Shown here in pieces: positions 40,220 to 50,353 of a stretch of DNA of 64,000 nt. Source of the DNA: a plasmid; sequence record NZ_CP097382.1; one strand, 5' to 3'. Numbering within the stretch: position 1 is the stretch's first letter; every line of letters starts with the position of its first letter. The notes beneath the pieces are model-generated. The model ran no database searches. It was not told the origin of the DNA and was given only the letters and a program-made list of their open reading frames with translations. Both the position numbers and the translations under genes were made by a program.

Positions 40220-41491
40220 TTAATTAAATCCATATTTTTCTCTTCGACGATTGAATGCGTCTTTACCGCCTTCGAGTATTTTTGCGGCTAATGACTGTAT
40301 TGATTTTTGATCTATCGAGCCTTGATTATTTTTTGGTAGTGCCGCGCTGTCTGCTGTTGCTTCAAGAACACCAATCCATTCAGCATCACCAAATACTGGA
40401 ATATTTGCATTATGTGTAGCGAAAATGAATTGTCGTGTTAATTTGGCACTTCTCACCTGAGACACTATTCTGTCGGCAATAAATGCGTTGTCTAGGTTAT
40501 CTTCGGGTTGGTCTAGTAACAGAGGATCTTTGTTATCTAGAAGCAACAAATGTAGTAAGGCTGTACATTGTTGACCCGTTGATAATGAGTTGAGAACTTT
40601 ATAAATAGGTGTAGGTGTCTCGCTGCTGGAAACATTGAGTTCAATACTTACTAAGTCTTCAACGATAAATTCTTCAATCTCCATGATTTGAGATTCTGAA
40701 ATTTTAGTTAGCTGCTCCGCAACAGATTCTGTACAGCCCCAATTTTGTGTGAGGATTGCGTCTTTACCTTCAATAATTTTTTCTGCTAATAGCATTGGAG
40801 AGAAATGCTCTGCGGTACTAATCCACTGAAGCTTTTTGTTAGCAACGTTTGGCATTCTGAAGGATACGAGTTTGTCAATTAAAGAATTGCGATTCCCCTC
40901 TGGAGTATAGTTTACTTTTATGTTGCCTTTCAGCTTTCGATTTAGTTTTTTCACACCTTGTTCAAATTGACTACTTCGCTGAGACATTTTGTTCGAGAGC
41001 GAAGACAGTAATATTTTCCTCATAGCTACCATTTGAGCGAGTTTAGTTTTTGACTCGATTAATTTTGTTTTGCTCGATTTCAACAGCGCAATGTCTTTCA
41101 CTAACTGGTTATATTCATCACCAATCTGAGAGCCTGTTTTTCCAGCTATAGGGCTAATCTTCTTAAACTCTTTTTCTATTGTAGCCTCATTGGCTTGAAT
41201 ACTTGTATCAAGGCGCTTTTCTAGTTCAACTATCGCGATATTGTCGCTAGCAAGTCTAGTCATTGCTTGCCCTAGCATAGTACCTAAATCTTTGTTCAAA
41301 TTTGTGATGATGTTTCTAAGTTCTCTAAAGATTAATATATCGGGAAAATCCTTGATATCTTCTTCCAAAATGTAGTCTGTTGAGGGAATACCTTCTACCA
41401 TCTCACCTAATGCGGTGGAAAAATCAAAAAGCATTTCACTTACGGTTCTAAATAGCGTTTTCTCTGATGCGAGCAACGGCAAAATTTTTAG
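40220..41491 (-). pseudogene. SMC/RecF-like ABC ATPase, C-terminal half (gene interrupted by IS91 copy 2)
   Basis: The coiled-coil region is followed by the ABC signature …LSTGQQCTALLHLLLL…, Walker B/D-loop …LLLDQPEDNLD… and H-loop …IFATHNANI…. The first 10 codons of the ORF-table version lie inside IS91 sequence, so the true fragment ends at the IS boundary. Confidence 0.7.
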
Positions 41492-41495
41492 TTGT

Positions 41496-42939
41496 TCATG
41501 GTTAGGAAACTGGATGAACAATTTAACGAGTCTATAAGGGTATGTTTGGTAGCAGAGTCTGTTAAAAGGTCTCTATCGTATTTAAACTTAACCATGATAA
41601 CGCGTAATTGCGCTATTTTTAGCCAAAAACGGGGGTTTTAGATACACTGATCCTAGGCGGCTGTTTGCAGCCATCGTTTTTTGGCCATTTTATCCCGCCT
41701 TTCTGACAGTAAAGTGAGTGCGTGTATGCCTTTTTCCGCACTCATAAACCGCAGTCGGTTTCCACATAAAATACATTGATACGGATCTGTGTTTAAAAAA
41801 CCTTTGATAAGGGCCGCAAAGCCGGGTTTTTCAGGTACGTTCGGATGTATCATGTCCAATGCGTCATACACTTTAGATAATAAACGCCCACGCTTGCGAT
41901 TGGCTAAAAAACCATAATAGCGGATCATCTTAAAATGCCGCGCGGGGATATGACTGACATAACGTCGTATCATTTCTTCTTGGGACAAGGTCTGTCGTCG
42001 ATATTGTTGGCTATGGTGATCATAATAATGATGGATGACTGTGCCACCGCTGTAGTGTTTCAACTGAGACGCCGAGATAGGCGGACGTTTTAGGTATCGG
42101 CCCAGATATTTCACATTATGCCAAGCGCCTCGGGTCTTTTTGGCAAAATGGAGTTTCCAATAACGTTGAAACTGTGCATTGAGGTAACGACACCAGGTTG
42201 GGTAATCGCGAATATGCCCGAAGCCAGGCAATTTATTCGGTTGTAACTGAGCATAATTGTCTCGAAGGAGCCGAATAACGGCGCTGCGCCAGACTTTCTC
42301 GACGTCTTTCTTTTTGAAAAAAATGGGTTTCCAGGTGTCATATTTTGTGAGACCGCCTCGGGTCACCGACAAATGAATATGCGGATGTTGATTAAGTTGG
42401 CGACCATAAGTATGCAAGGCACAAAAAATACCAATTTCGAGGCCATGACGTCTGGCGTGTTTGAGCATAGCTCGCGTGGCACAGCGAAATAGTTGATTAA
42501 GTAAGGTCCAGTTGTTGTTAAAAAAAGACCAAAGCAGGTGGGGCATCGTGAGGGTGATGTGTTGCCATTCGCAGTCTGGCAAAATATGGCGCTGCTGTGC
42601 GATCCATTGTTCGGTGCCCTTGAGGCCACAGGCACTGCAGGCTTTGGATTTACAGGTTTGACAAAAGAATCGCGAATGCGTGCATTCAGGAGAAGAGCAG
42701 CAATAGCGGCGAACACCCATCGCGCAGGTGCTACAAGCGAGCATCTTTTCAACACAGAGGAGTTGCCATTCATCGACAGGGTTGTTATCAATGAAGCGGT
42801 TCCATCCGTCATCGTATTGAAATAGCAGTTTAGCGGGTCTGGGAATATACATAGAGCAGAGTATAAAAGACGAGAAGGGAGTTGCCTAGAAATAGAGCGG
42901 CTCAGCCGCGATGCTCACGCCACAGGCGTGCTTATGTTC
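41496..42939 (-). mobile_element. IS91-family insertion sequence, copy 2 (identical to copy 1)
   Basis: Identical by eye (not recomputed) to 17542–18983, with a flanking GTTC at 41492–41495. Confidence 0.85.
41653..42852 (-). CDS. tnpA: IS91-family transposase
   Basis: 399 aa identical to the product of 17697–18896. Confidence 0.9.
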   Translation of the reverse strand: MYIPRPAKLLFQYDDGWNRFIDNNPVDEWQLLCVEKMLACSTCAMGVRRYCCSSPECTHSRFFCQTCKSKACSACGLKGTEQWIAQQRHILPDCEWQHITLTMPHLLWSFFNNNWTLLNQLFRCATRAMLKHARRHGLEIGIFCALHTYGRQLNQHPHIHLSVTRGGLTKYDTWKPIFFKKKDVEKVWRSAVIRLLRDNYAQLQPNKLPGFGHIRDYPTWCRYLNAQFQRYWKLHFAKKTRGAWHNVKYLGRYLKRPPISASQLKHYSGGTVIHHYYDHHSQQYRRQTLSQEEMIRRYVSHIPARHFKMIRYYGFLANRKRGRLLSKVYDALDMIHPNVPEKPGFAALIKGFLNTDPYQCILCGNRLRFMSAEKGIHALTLLSERRDKMAKKRWLQTAA

Positions 42940-42954
42940 ATCAATTCCCAATTC

Positions 42955-44303
42955 CTAAAAGCGTTTAGCATCCTCTTCCAGTTGTTCAAGCCGTTTAACA
43001 TCGGACTCAAGATCTGATGACTGGACTGTTAAATCTACTATTTTCTGCCTGACCTGAGCTAAATCGTCTACAATTTTGACAACGCCAAACTCTTGCTCAA
43101 TCTTGCCCCTGTTCAAGAATCTATCGACGACTTTTAACTGTTCACTAGAATCTTTATCAATTTCATGAATTTCATTCTGTCCAAATATTTCGATTTCTGG
43201 CAATAAATCACTAGGTACGAAGCTTGATATTTGCCCTGACATTTCTGTAATAATAGGAGATTGTCCATACCTCCTTGTAATCTGATAGTTATTACCATGC
43301 TTAGTTGTCGACTTTATCGAAAGTTTGATTTGTCCAGTGCTTAAGTTCGATTTGACTATTTTCTCGTGTTGTTCACTGGCTTGCTTGCCGATTGGAGTAA
43401 TATCGAGCGCGTAACGAATACATTCAAACCCGTACCTCTACCTCCAATAACGGTATTTAGGTGTTCGGAAAAGTCTATTTCGACGCCGCCTAAGTACCCG
43501 CCAATAAAAACAACAGACTCCAACCTAGAGTAATACTGTTCGCTGATGTCTGAGTTTAATCTGACCCTTGATTCTGGATCATTAAATGCTTGCTTAAATG
43601 CTGAAAAACTGGGTATTGTCATTTTGATTAAACACGACGCGTTGTCTTTCCTTAAAGTTTCAGGCTCTTCAATATCCTTTGCGTTAATTAACGCCATAGG
43701 AACATTTCGATGATACGCCATGTCTTTGTTTGTCAGAATTTGAAAGTTTGCTTGGTCACCTTGTTCTTTTATTGCTTGAAGTGTTGTCGGGATTTGAGCT
43801 GCAACTAATAACTCATTTTTCCAAATATTGTTCAGTTTTTGTTTGAGTACCCCATTGTCGTCTGTGCAATGGGCTGCATATATGAATCCTCCTTTATCAC
43901 GCACTTTATTTAAAATATAGTCTGCACTATGTGGTGAAGGCAATGTGCCTTGGTTAGGATCAATATTTAGTTCGTAAAGATAGTGCTCAAGATTTTTAAC
44001 TGTTTCGTCTTCATGAAAAAGACAAACTAAATGCACCTTTTCACTCGACGCAATTTCAAACCCTGGAAAAACAACAATGCCATGCTTGGACATTAAGGCT
44101 CGAATTTTGTTTACTTAGCCAACATTTCCGTGGTCTGCAAGGCCAACAACTTTGATGTTTTCTTCAAGGCAAACTTCTAGAAGTTTTTGGTTGTATTCAT
44201 CCCCAGTCAACCCTTGTTGTTTCCCTCTATAACTAATGTAGTTCGAGGGATTAACTTGAAGTGCACATTTCCAAAATTTTGCTTTAGTGAACGTTGGAAT
44301 CAT
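42955..44303 (-). pseudogene. N-terminal part of the interrupted ATPase gene, with a PHP-like phosphoesterase domain followed by the ATPase head; carries an in-frame stop and a frameshift
   Basis: Fragment 44115–44303 ends in the PHP-like motif …VVGLADHGNVG (compare AITDHGN of PHP domains) and an in-frame TAA sits at about 44113. Fragment 43356–44093 continues to …NTVIGGRGTG… (Walker-A-like, then out of frame). Fragment 42955–43242 is coiled-coil sequence running into the IS91 insertion. Confidence 0.55.
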
Positions 44304-44679
44304 AAATATCCCTTTGCATTTTTGACTAAATTAAGCTTAAGTTTTCATCAATGTTAATTCATTTTAAGGTTTAAACTGTATCTTTTTCAGAATATTGCTG
44401 ATCATTATTGTGCGATCTATGCTTTGCTTCATCTTTTTGCTCAAAGCTGACTATCAGTGTTGATTATAATCTACGAGATAAATATTTAATCGCGCCAAAC
44501 TCCATTCGCCACTCCATTCAAGAACCTTCCATTGTGATTTAAATGACAGTGTATCGTTTAAATCAAAAATATAACTCCAATGATATGAAAATTGATAACT
44601 AAAATATACTTATTATATAGTTATACTTAAATGGTATGTTGAAGGTTCTTAATGTAAGAATAAGATAATCTTTTAGAAA

Positions 44680-44695
44680 ATTTCGCATGCGAAAT
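44680..44695. promoter_or_regulatory. 16-bp perfect palindrome ATTTCGCATGCGAAAT, copy 1 (candidate ParB-binding parS/operator site)
   Basis: Exact palindrome that recurs at 44884, 46576 and 47564. Confidence 0.5.
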
Positions 44696-44696
44696 T

Positions 44697-44739
44697 CATT
44701 GCATATCAATATTGATATGCAATGAATTTATGATATAAT
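44697..44739 (+). promoter_or_regulatory. 28-bp perfect palindrome CATTGCATATCAATATTGATATGCAATG followed by TGATATAAT (-10-like); candidate operator/promoter of parAB-2
   Basis: Palindrome at 44697–44724 and TATAAT at 44734–44739, about 175 bp upstream of the parA start. Confidence 0.45.
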
Positions 44740-44883
44740 CCCCTCAAGATATGAATTTAGATTCATAGCTTTCAAAGATACATGAAGTTGTGTCTTTTTA
44801 GGCGAAACGCCTGACTCATAGGAGTGGATATGAAAATTGATATTAATATAAGTATATTCTTGTCACACCACACCTTTCTCAAC

Positions 44884-44899
44884 ATTTCGCATGCGAAAT
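44884..44899. promoter_or_regulatory. ATTTCGCATGCGAAAT palindrome, copy 2
   Basis: It lies 16 bp upstream of the parA ATG at 44915. Confidence 0.5.
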
Positions 44900-44914
44900 A
44901 CTAAGGATTCTAAT

Positions 44915-45778
44915 ATGGAACTCAAAACAGGAAAAAAACTTGGCAAGCTAATAGTAGTGTGCAGCCAGAAAGGTGGTGTAGTTAAGTCTCAATCTACTAA
45001 TGAAATATCTTTCAACTTGCAAAAAATGGGGTATTCAGTTCTAGAAATTGATGCGGATTGGACTACAGGGTTAACAGAACGCACCTTTCCGAATGAACTT
45101 CCATTGGAAATTGAAAAAGAACCATTAAAGCATGAGTTCACCCCTGGTGAGGCTAATACCTATCAATTGTTTTTTTCTAATACTGACATTAAACCGATAA
45201 CTCTAGATGATGGACGTGACTTCATAGGCACAACGAGTGAACTTAATGAGGTTAACTATAGACACTCTGATTGTATGTTTGATTTCCGAGATCGTATATT
45301 AGAATTGAAGGAAAAATATGATTTTATTTTTATAGACTCAGCCCCTTCATATTCTAATGTAATGGTAGCAAGTCATATGGCTGCTGATTATTTATTAATT
45401 CCAACCTTACTAGAAAAACAATCAAGGAATGCTGTAGCTAAACAATTAACTTACATGCAAAAAATAAAGAAAAACTATAATCCATCGTTACAATTTTTGG
45501 GAACCTATGTGACTCAAGCTACAGTTGCGAACTATTCAAAACCACTTTTTGATGGTTATTTGGGGGCTGTGGATACTCATAACCTTAATATGCTAGTCGA
45601 AATACTTGAAGATAAAGGTTATACCCAAGATTATATCTTAGCTTATATTTCGTTTGCTCAAGCAACAGCAAAAGAAGCTATAGAATTAGGTATGACATTT
45701 AAAGAATATGAGCCTAAATCTAAACCAGCAATTCAATATGAAGAATTAGCAAAACGAATTGTGAAACAGGTAGGATAA
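44915..45778 (+). CDS. parA: Partition ATPase ParA (second partition system)
   Basis: Walker A …IVVCSQKGGVVKSQST… and …FIFIDSAPS…. AAGGA lies 8 bp upstream. The ORF-table start at 44891 lies inside the palindrome and probably over-extends. Confidence 0.85.
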   Translation: MELKTGKKLGKLIVVCSQKGGVVKSQSTNEISFNLQKMGYSVLEIDADWTTGLTERTFPNELPLEIEKEPLKHEFTPGEANTYQLFFSNTDIKPITLDDGRDFIGTTSELNEVNYRHSDCMFDFRDRILELKEKYDFIFIDSAPSYSNVMVASHMAADYLLIPTLLEKQSRNAVAKQLTYMQKIKKNYNPSLQFLGTYVTQATVANYSKPLFDGYLGAVDTHNLNMLVEILEDKGYTQDYILAYISFAQATAKEAIELGMTFKEYEPKSKPAIQYEELAKRIVKQVG

Positions 45779-45783
45779 ATTAA

Positions 45784-46794
45784 ATGGCTAAAAAACAATT
45801 TTTGAGTCGACTACGTGATCAAAATCGTAAATCGGCAACCGAAGCAATTAACAAAGTTATTGAAACTAAGTCACCTAATGAGGAAATCAGAGATATTGCT
45901 GCTCACCAAATTATGACTGATATTGCCCGCCCTGAATTAGAAACGGAAGGGCAAATAATTAGAGTTTCAATAGATGAAGTTTATGCAGAGAGTCAAGTTC
46001 GTCCAGAGGAAGATTTTGATGACTCCATAATAGAGGGAATGGCTGATACGTTTAACACTGTAGGGATATTAACACCACCGCGTTGTTATCCAAAAGATAG
46101 GACTGGTTATAGAATTTGGATGGGTGAAACTCGTTGGCGAACAGCAAAAAAAAGAGGAGATACCTTTATTGATATTTATGTCGGTTCTCCACCCAAAAAC
46201 GATAAATTTCGAATTATTGGTCAGTTGATAGAAAACCTACAACAATCCGGCCTTAAACCTTTAGCAACAGCAATAGCATTTAATGAGCTTAAAACAGTTC
46301 ATGGAATGACTGGAGAAGAAATAGCAAAAACTGTAGGTAAACCTACATCATTTGTGAGTAAACATTTAAAATTAATAAGTGCTCCTGAAAGTGTTACCAC
46401 ATTACTAAAAGATAAAGTAACTTTAGATGTAGACTTAGCATATACACTTACTCAGATAAATGAAATTAACCCCAAAATTGCTGAAAAACTTGTTGAAAAA
46501 GCAAGAAAAAATGGTGTTTCTCGTAATGAAGCAAAAGATGAATTAAGTAAAATAAAAAATAGAGATAAAGAAAAAATTTCGCATGCGAAATCAAAACAAG
46601 TTTCTCATTCAAAATCTCAAGTTAATACAAATGATGTGTGGCATGTTCAGGTGGAGTTTGATAACAAGATAGGTATTATTCTCACGGATAAAAAGCCTGA
46701 AAGTGACGGGGTTGTATGGGTAAAGCTTGAAAATAGCATCAACTCTGTCAATGTTGATAAATTAATAGTAAAAGGGTTAGTACAGATCAAATGA
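45784..46794 (+). CDS. parB: ParB-family partition protein (KorB/ParB-like)
   Basis: 336 aa with …RIWMGETRWRTAKKRGDTFIDIYV… and an HTH …TGEEIAKTVGKPTSFVSKHLKLI…. It lies directly downstream of parA. Confidence 0.7.
   Translation: MAKKQFLSRLRDQNRKSATEAINKVIETKSPNEEIRDIAAHQIMTDIARPELETEGQIIRVSIDEVYAESQVRPEEDFDDSIIEGMADTFNTVGILTPPRCYPKDRTGYRIWMGETRWRTAKKRGDTFIDIYVGSPPKNDKFRIIGQLIENLQQSGLKPLATAIAFNELKTVHGMTGEEIAKTVGKPTSFVSKHLKLISAPESVTTLLKDKVTLDVDLAYTLTQINEINPKIAEKLVEKARKNGVSRNEAKDELSKIKNRDKEKISHAKSKQVSHSKSQVNTNDVWHVQVEFDNKIGIILTDKKPESDGVVWVKLENSINSVNVDKLIVKGLVQIK
46576..46591. promoter_or_regulatory. ATTTCGCATGCGAAAT palindrome, copy 3 (inside the parB 3' coding region)
   Basis: Exact match to the other three copies. 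Confidence 0.5.
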
Positions 46795-47231
46795 TAGGTA
46801 CGCCATTTTCAACTATGGCCACAGAGTTTCGTGGCCAGATTATTAAAACATGGTTATTGCAAATATCTGGTACAGCAACAGAAAAATCAAAAATATTATG
46901 TCAAACAGCAATTGAGCTCGGTCTTACTGAAAGGTCTAAATCAATTCCAGGTTCTGCATTAATCCAATGGACAAAAACAACACCGACAAACACGCCACTT
47001 TGGGCTGCACAAAGCGCTCTTCTATTATTATTTGCTAATGAATGGAAACCAAGCACACATGTAGAATGGTGCGGAATGGCATCGCTATTGCAACGGTTAT
47101 ATAAGAAAAATAGTATAGCTGAGATGTTAAGTTATCTACCTAAACATATAAATAAAGATATTGCAGCAGGCTGGGTTACTGCAGCCATAGAGGAAGATGC
47201 AAATTTTAGAAGGCATAAAAAAAGAAAATGA
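46791..47231 (+). CDS. Hypothetical protein (146 aa) in the parAB-2 operon
   Basis: The start overlaps the parB stop (ATGA). No recognisable domain was found. Confidence 0.45.
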   Translation: MIGTPFSTMATEFRGQIIKTWLLQISGTATEKSKILCQTAIELGLTERSKSIPGSALIQWTKTTPTNTPLWAAQSALLLLFANEWKPSTHVEWCGMASLLQRLYKKNSIAEMLSYLPKHINKDIAAGWVTAAIEEDANFRRHKKRK

Positions 47232-47557
47232 CTTTTTCGGGACTAGAAAAAATAATTACATCTTCAGGACGTCGTTCAATATCATCATCCTTGCTAGCAT
47301 ATTTACTTGATGCTTTTGATAACGGATTCGATGGTATTGATCTGGATTTGTTCCAATCAAATACTGGTTATGTAAGGACAAATATAACTCAAGTTGCAAA
47401 CTATCTAAAAGATAAAGGAATCATTTTAATATACTACTATAGAGATCAAGGTGACAAAAATAATCGAAATTATATTGAGGAGAACATTTTTGGACGGTGG
47501 GGTAAGCAACATTATAAATTAACATCTGATGTATTACGTTTGTATAGAAGGAATTAG
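47228..47557 (+). CDS. Hypothetical protein (109 aa)
   Basis: It overlaps the previous stop and is followed by palindrome copy 4. Confidence 0.45.
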   Translation: MTFSGLEKIITSSGRRSISSSLLAYLLDAFDNGFDGIDLDLFQSNTGYVRTNITQVANYLKDKGIILIYYYRDQGDKNNRNYIEENIFGRWGKQHYKLTSDVLRLYRRN

Positions 47558-47563
47558 AAAACC

Positions 47564-47579
47564 ATTTCGCATGCGAAAT
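47564..47579. promoter_or_regulatory. ATTTCGCATGCGAAAT palindrome, copy 4
   Basis: It lies immediately after the stop of the 109-aa ORF. Confidence 0.5.
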
Positions 47580-47668
47580 AGTAGATGTGAGTTATAAATT
47601 CACATGTTTGTTTTTTAAAATGGAGTAAAGTATACTTATACTGTGTATTTATACAGTGTTGGTGTGCT

Positions 47669-48052
47669 ATGCAAATTCCCATTTTCGAAAGTCTAATTGC
47701 CTGTGGTTTTCCCAGTCCAGCTCAAGACCACGTTGAGCGTCGTTTATCGCTTGATGCCGAACTTATTCGTTATCCTGAAAGTACCTATTTTCTTCGCGCC
47801 TCTGGCGATTCTATGAAGGATGCGGGGATTTTTGACGGTGACTTATTAGTCGTTGAAAGTCACCTGACTGCCCGTCATGGGGAAATAGTGGTTGCTGAAT
47901 ACGATGGCGAATTCACCTGCAAGTACCTGCAAATCACACCGACTAAAGCGCTTATTCCTGCTAACAGTCAATTTCCCGCTATCCCCATCAATGACGATAC
48001 GGACGTGAAAATTTTCGGCGTTGTTCGTTATGCCGTGCATACCTGTCGGTAA
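47669..48052 (+). CDS. umuD: UmuD/MucA/RumA-like SOS mutagenesis protein (LexA-type self-cleaving peptidase fold)
   Basis: …[19 protein letters not shown]…[22 protein letters not shown]… carries the Ser-Lys dyad region (GDSM…K). Confidence 0.85.
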   Translation: MQIPIFESLIACGFPSPAQDHVERRLSLDAELIRYPESTYFLRASGDSMKDAGIFDGDLLVVESHLTARHGEIVVAEYDGEFTCKYLQITPTKALIPANSQFPAIPINDDTDVKIFGVVRYAVHTCR

Positions 48053-48057
48053 ATAAC

Positions 48058-49326
48058 ATGTTTGCGCTCATCGATGTCAATTCTATGTATACCTCCTGTG
48101 AATCCGTTTTCCGCCCCGATTTAAAAGGAAAGCCGATTATTTGCCTTTCGAATAATGATGGCTGTGTGATTGCGCGTTCGGCGGAGGCGAAGCCCTATAT
48201 CCGTATGGGAGCCCCTTATTTTGAAATTAAGCAGATAATCAAACAAAGGCAAGTGGCTGTATTTTCTTCAAATTATCCATTGTATGCCGATTTCAGTAAT
48301 CGATTTATGGCGGTGGTTGCTCAAATCGTGCCTCAAATTGAGGTTTACAGTATTGACGAGAGCTTTTGTAACCTGACGGGCATGAATACATTGTATTCAT
48401 GGCATGAACTTGGCCATAAATTAAAAGAGGATGTATTCCGGTGTGCACATTTGCCTGTCGGCGTGGGAATTTCCAGTACCAAAACGTTAGCTAAGCTAGC
48501 GAACCACGCCGCCAAAACGTGGAAGAATACAGGTGGTGTCGTCGATTTAAGTTCACCCAATCGTCAGAAAAAACTCATGGCACTCGTCCCGGTTGGGGAC
48601 GTTTGGGGAATAGGGCGTAAACTGGCAAAACGCCTGAATCAAAGCGGAATTGAAACTGCCTTGGATTTAAGTCGGTTGTCAACGACCCAGGCACGCCAAA
48701 TGTACTCAGTGGTATTAGAGCGAACCGTGCGCGAACTGAACGGTGAATCGTGTCTTCAGCTGGAAGAAATTGCGCCCGCTAAGCAGCAAATTATTTGCTC
48801 CCGTTCATTCGGCCATAAAGTGATGGATTATGAGTTAGTTCGCCAATCGGTGTGTGCCTTTGCTGAACGTGCAGCAGAAAAATTGAGTGAAGAAAAACAG
48901 TATTGTCGATTAGTCACATTGTGGGTGCAGAGTAGCCATTTTTCTCATCATGAGCCGCACTATTATCGACAAGAAACCCAAGCGCTCATTTATCCGACCC
49001 AAGATACACGCGAGATTATTCAGGCAGCCGTGGGGTTATTTGACAGACTTTGGCTTCCGAATGTGAAATACAGCAAAAGTGGCATATTACTCAGTGAATT
49101 TTCCCCTTCAGGGCAAGTGCAGCTGAATTTGTTTGAAAGTGGCCATGCTTTTCGCAAAAGTGGTGAACTGATGCAGACGATTGACCAGATTAATCGCGGA
49201 AAAGGGGCTATCTGGTTTGCAGGTCAGGGTGTTCAATCGCAATCGGCTTTATGGAAAATGAAGCAGCAATTTCTCTCGCCTCGCTGGACAACGCAATTCT
49301 CGGATATTCCTATCGTAAAATGCTAA
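48058..49326 (+). CDS. umuC: UmuC/MucB/RumB-like Y-family DNA polymerase (Pol V catalytic subunit)
   Basis: [18 protein letters not shown]…YSIDESF…[21 protein letters not shown]…, 422 aa, 5 bp after umuD. Confidence 0.9.
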   Translation: MFALIDVNSMYTSCESVFRPDLKGKPIICLSNNDGCVIARSAEAKPYIRMGAPYFEIKQIIKQRQVAVFSSNYPLYADFSNRFMAVVAQIVPQIEVYSIDESFCNLTGMNTLYSWHELGHKLKEDVFRCAHLPVGVGISSTKTLAKLANHAAKTWKNTGGVVDLSSPNRQKKLMALVPVGDVWGIGRKLAKRLNQSGIETALDLSRLSTTQARQMYSVVLERTVRELNGESCLQLEEIAPAKQQIICSRSFGHKVMDYELVRQSVCAFAERAAEKLSEEKQYCRLVTLWVQSSHFSHHEPHYYRQETQALIYPTQDTREIIQAAVGLFDRLWLPNVKYSKSGILLSEFSPSGQVQLNLFESGHAFRKSGELMQTIDQINRGKGAIWFAGQGVQSQSALWKMKQQFLSPRWTTQFSDIPIVKC

Positions 49327-49439
49327 TCATTGGGCGGTGATTTTTTGAGCAGAGTTGGTGTTCATTCATTAATCAGGCTATTAACCTTTTTATTAACAGG
49401 GCTATTTCAAGTTATCCACTGATTTTGTGGATACGCTTT

Positions 49440-50045
49440 TTTTGCGTTTCGGGGCAACGGCTTCATGCTGGCATTGAGCCAGGCTTAAGCCGAATGCCGG
49501 ATTGACCCCATTTACACACAGTTGGCGCAGGTTCCCCGTACACTTCCGTTCACGCGCCTGTTTGGGGCGCGTTCACTGGCTCGCCAAATGTGGAAAATGG
49601 GGACAACCGGCTTGAAAGGTCAACCGCTGCGCCTTTTTCCGTTTTCAACGTGGCGCAAAGGGCAGGGGTGCAGCTCCCTGCGGGACCGCCCCTGGTTCAC
49701 CGCTTAGCTACGCTAAGCGTTAATGGCGACTTGCCGTTCGCTTCTCTCGCTGCAAGTCGGGTGCTGTCATTTTCATCACCTGTGTGATTAATCTTTCATC
49801 GAGCACCTCCGCTTGGCCTAAAACATAGCCTCATCTCGTCATACAGCAAGCGTAAAGTGCACTCCACCAAAATTCTTGTCGCTGCGCTTTCCAACAATTT
49901 TGTCTCCGCCCTTGCTTCCTTCCTCGTCTCGGCTATGTACGGCCTTTGCAGCGGAGGAACTCAACGAAAGAAATCATTAACACGGTGGAGGATTCAAAAA
50001 TGTCATCACATCAAAACCTTGCAGCTCCAGAATCTAACGAAAGAA
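49440..50045 (+). repeat. Leading-region structured repeat, copy A (ssi/Frpo-like single-strand promoter candidate), extending into the first about 16 codons of the downstream ORF
   Basis: About 75–85% identical to 56385–56835 over roughly 450 bp. It contains nested inverted repeats (CAGGGG…TCCC-NNN-GGGA…CCCCTG and GCTTAGC-tac-GCTAAGC) and the block …AAACATAGCCTCA.CTCGTCAT.CAGCAAGCGTAAAGTGCACTCCA.CAAAATTCTTGTCGCTGCGCTTTCCAACAATTTTG.CTCCGCCCTTGCTTCCTTCCTC…. Confidence 0.7.
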
Positions 50046-50290
50046 GGGTTAAAAACCCACTGACGGATAGTCAGAAAGCCGATTTATTGCATTACATTGC
50101 GCCATTAACACGGTTATTGGATTTATTCGAGGGGGATATCTCACCTGAGTTGTACGACGAAGAAATCACGCTGCACAGTGATGCATACGATTCCAACAGT
50201 ATTTTTATGAAAGACGGTTATCCGATTGGCTTTAGTGACAATTTAAACAACATGTTCTATCTGCGTCCTGAACTGATTCAGGCATCTTAG
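50000..50290 (+). CDS. Small hypothetical protein (96 aa) whose start is supplied by repeat copy A
   Basis: MSSHQNLAAPESNERR…, whose N-terminus matches that of KlcA (MTQQQSLAAQESNER…) only because both lie inside the repeat. The remainder is unrelated. AGGATTCAAAAATG provides an RBS. Confidence 0.4.
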   Translation: MSSHQNLAAPESNERRVKNPLTDSQKADLLHYIAPLTRLLDLFEGDISPELYDEEITLHSDAYDSNSIFMKDGYPIGFSDNLNNMFYLRPELIQAS

Positions 50291-50353
50291 GTGCTAAGAG
50301 AGCCTTGTCACTCTCTTAGCAAAGACACATTAAAAACAATAGAGGTATCAATT

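Noticed and set aside
41492-41521. First 10 codons (MFIQFPNHEQ) of the ORF-table entry 40220–41521
   Set aside because: These codons are encoded by IS91 terminal sequence (identical to 17538–17567). They were created by the insertion junction and are not part of the ATPase gene.
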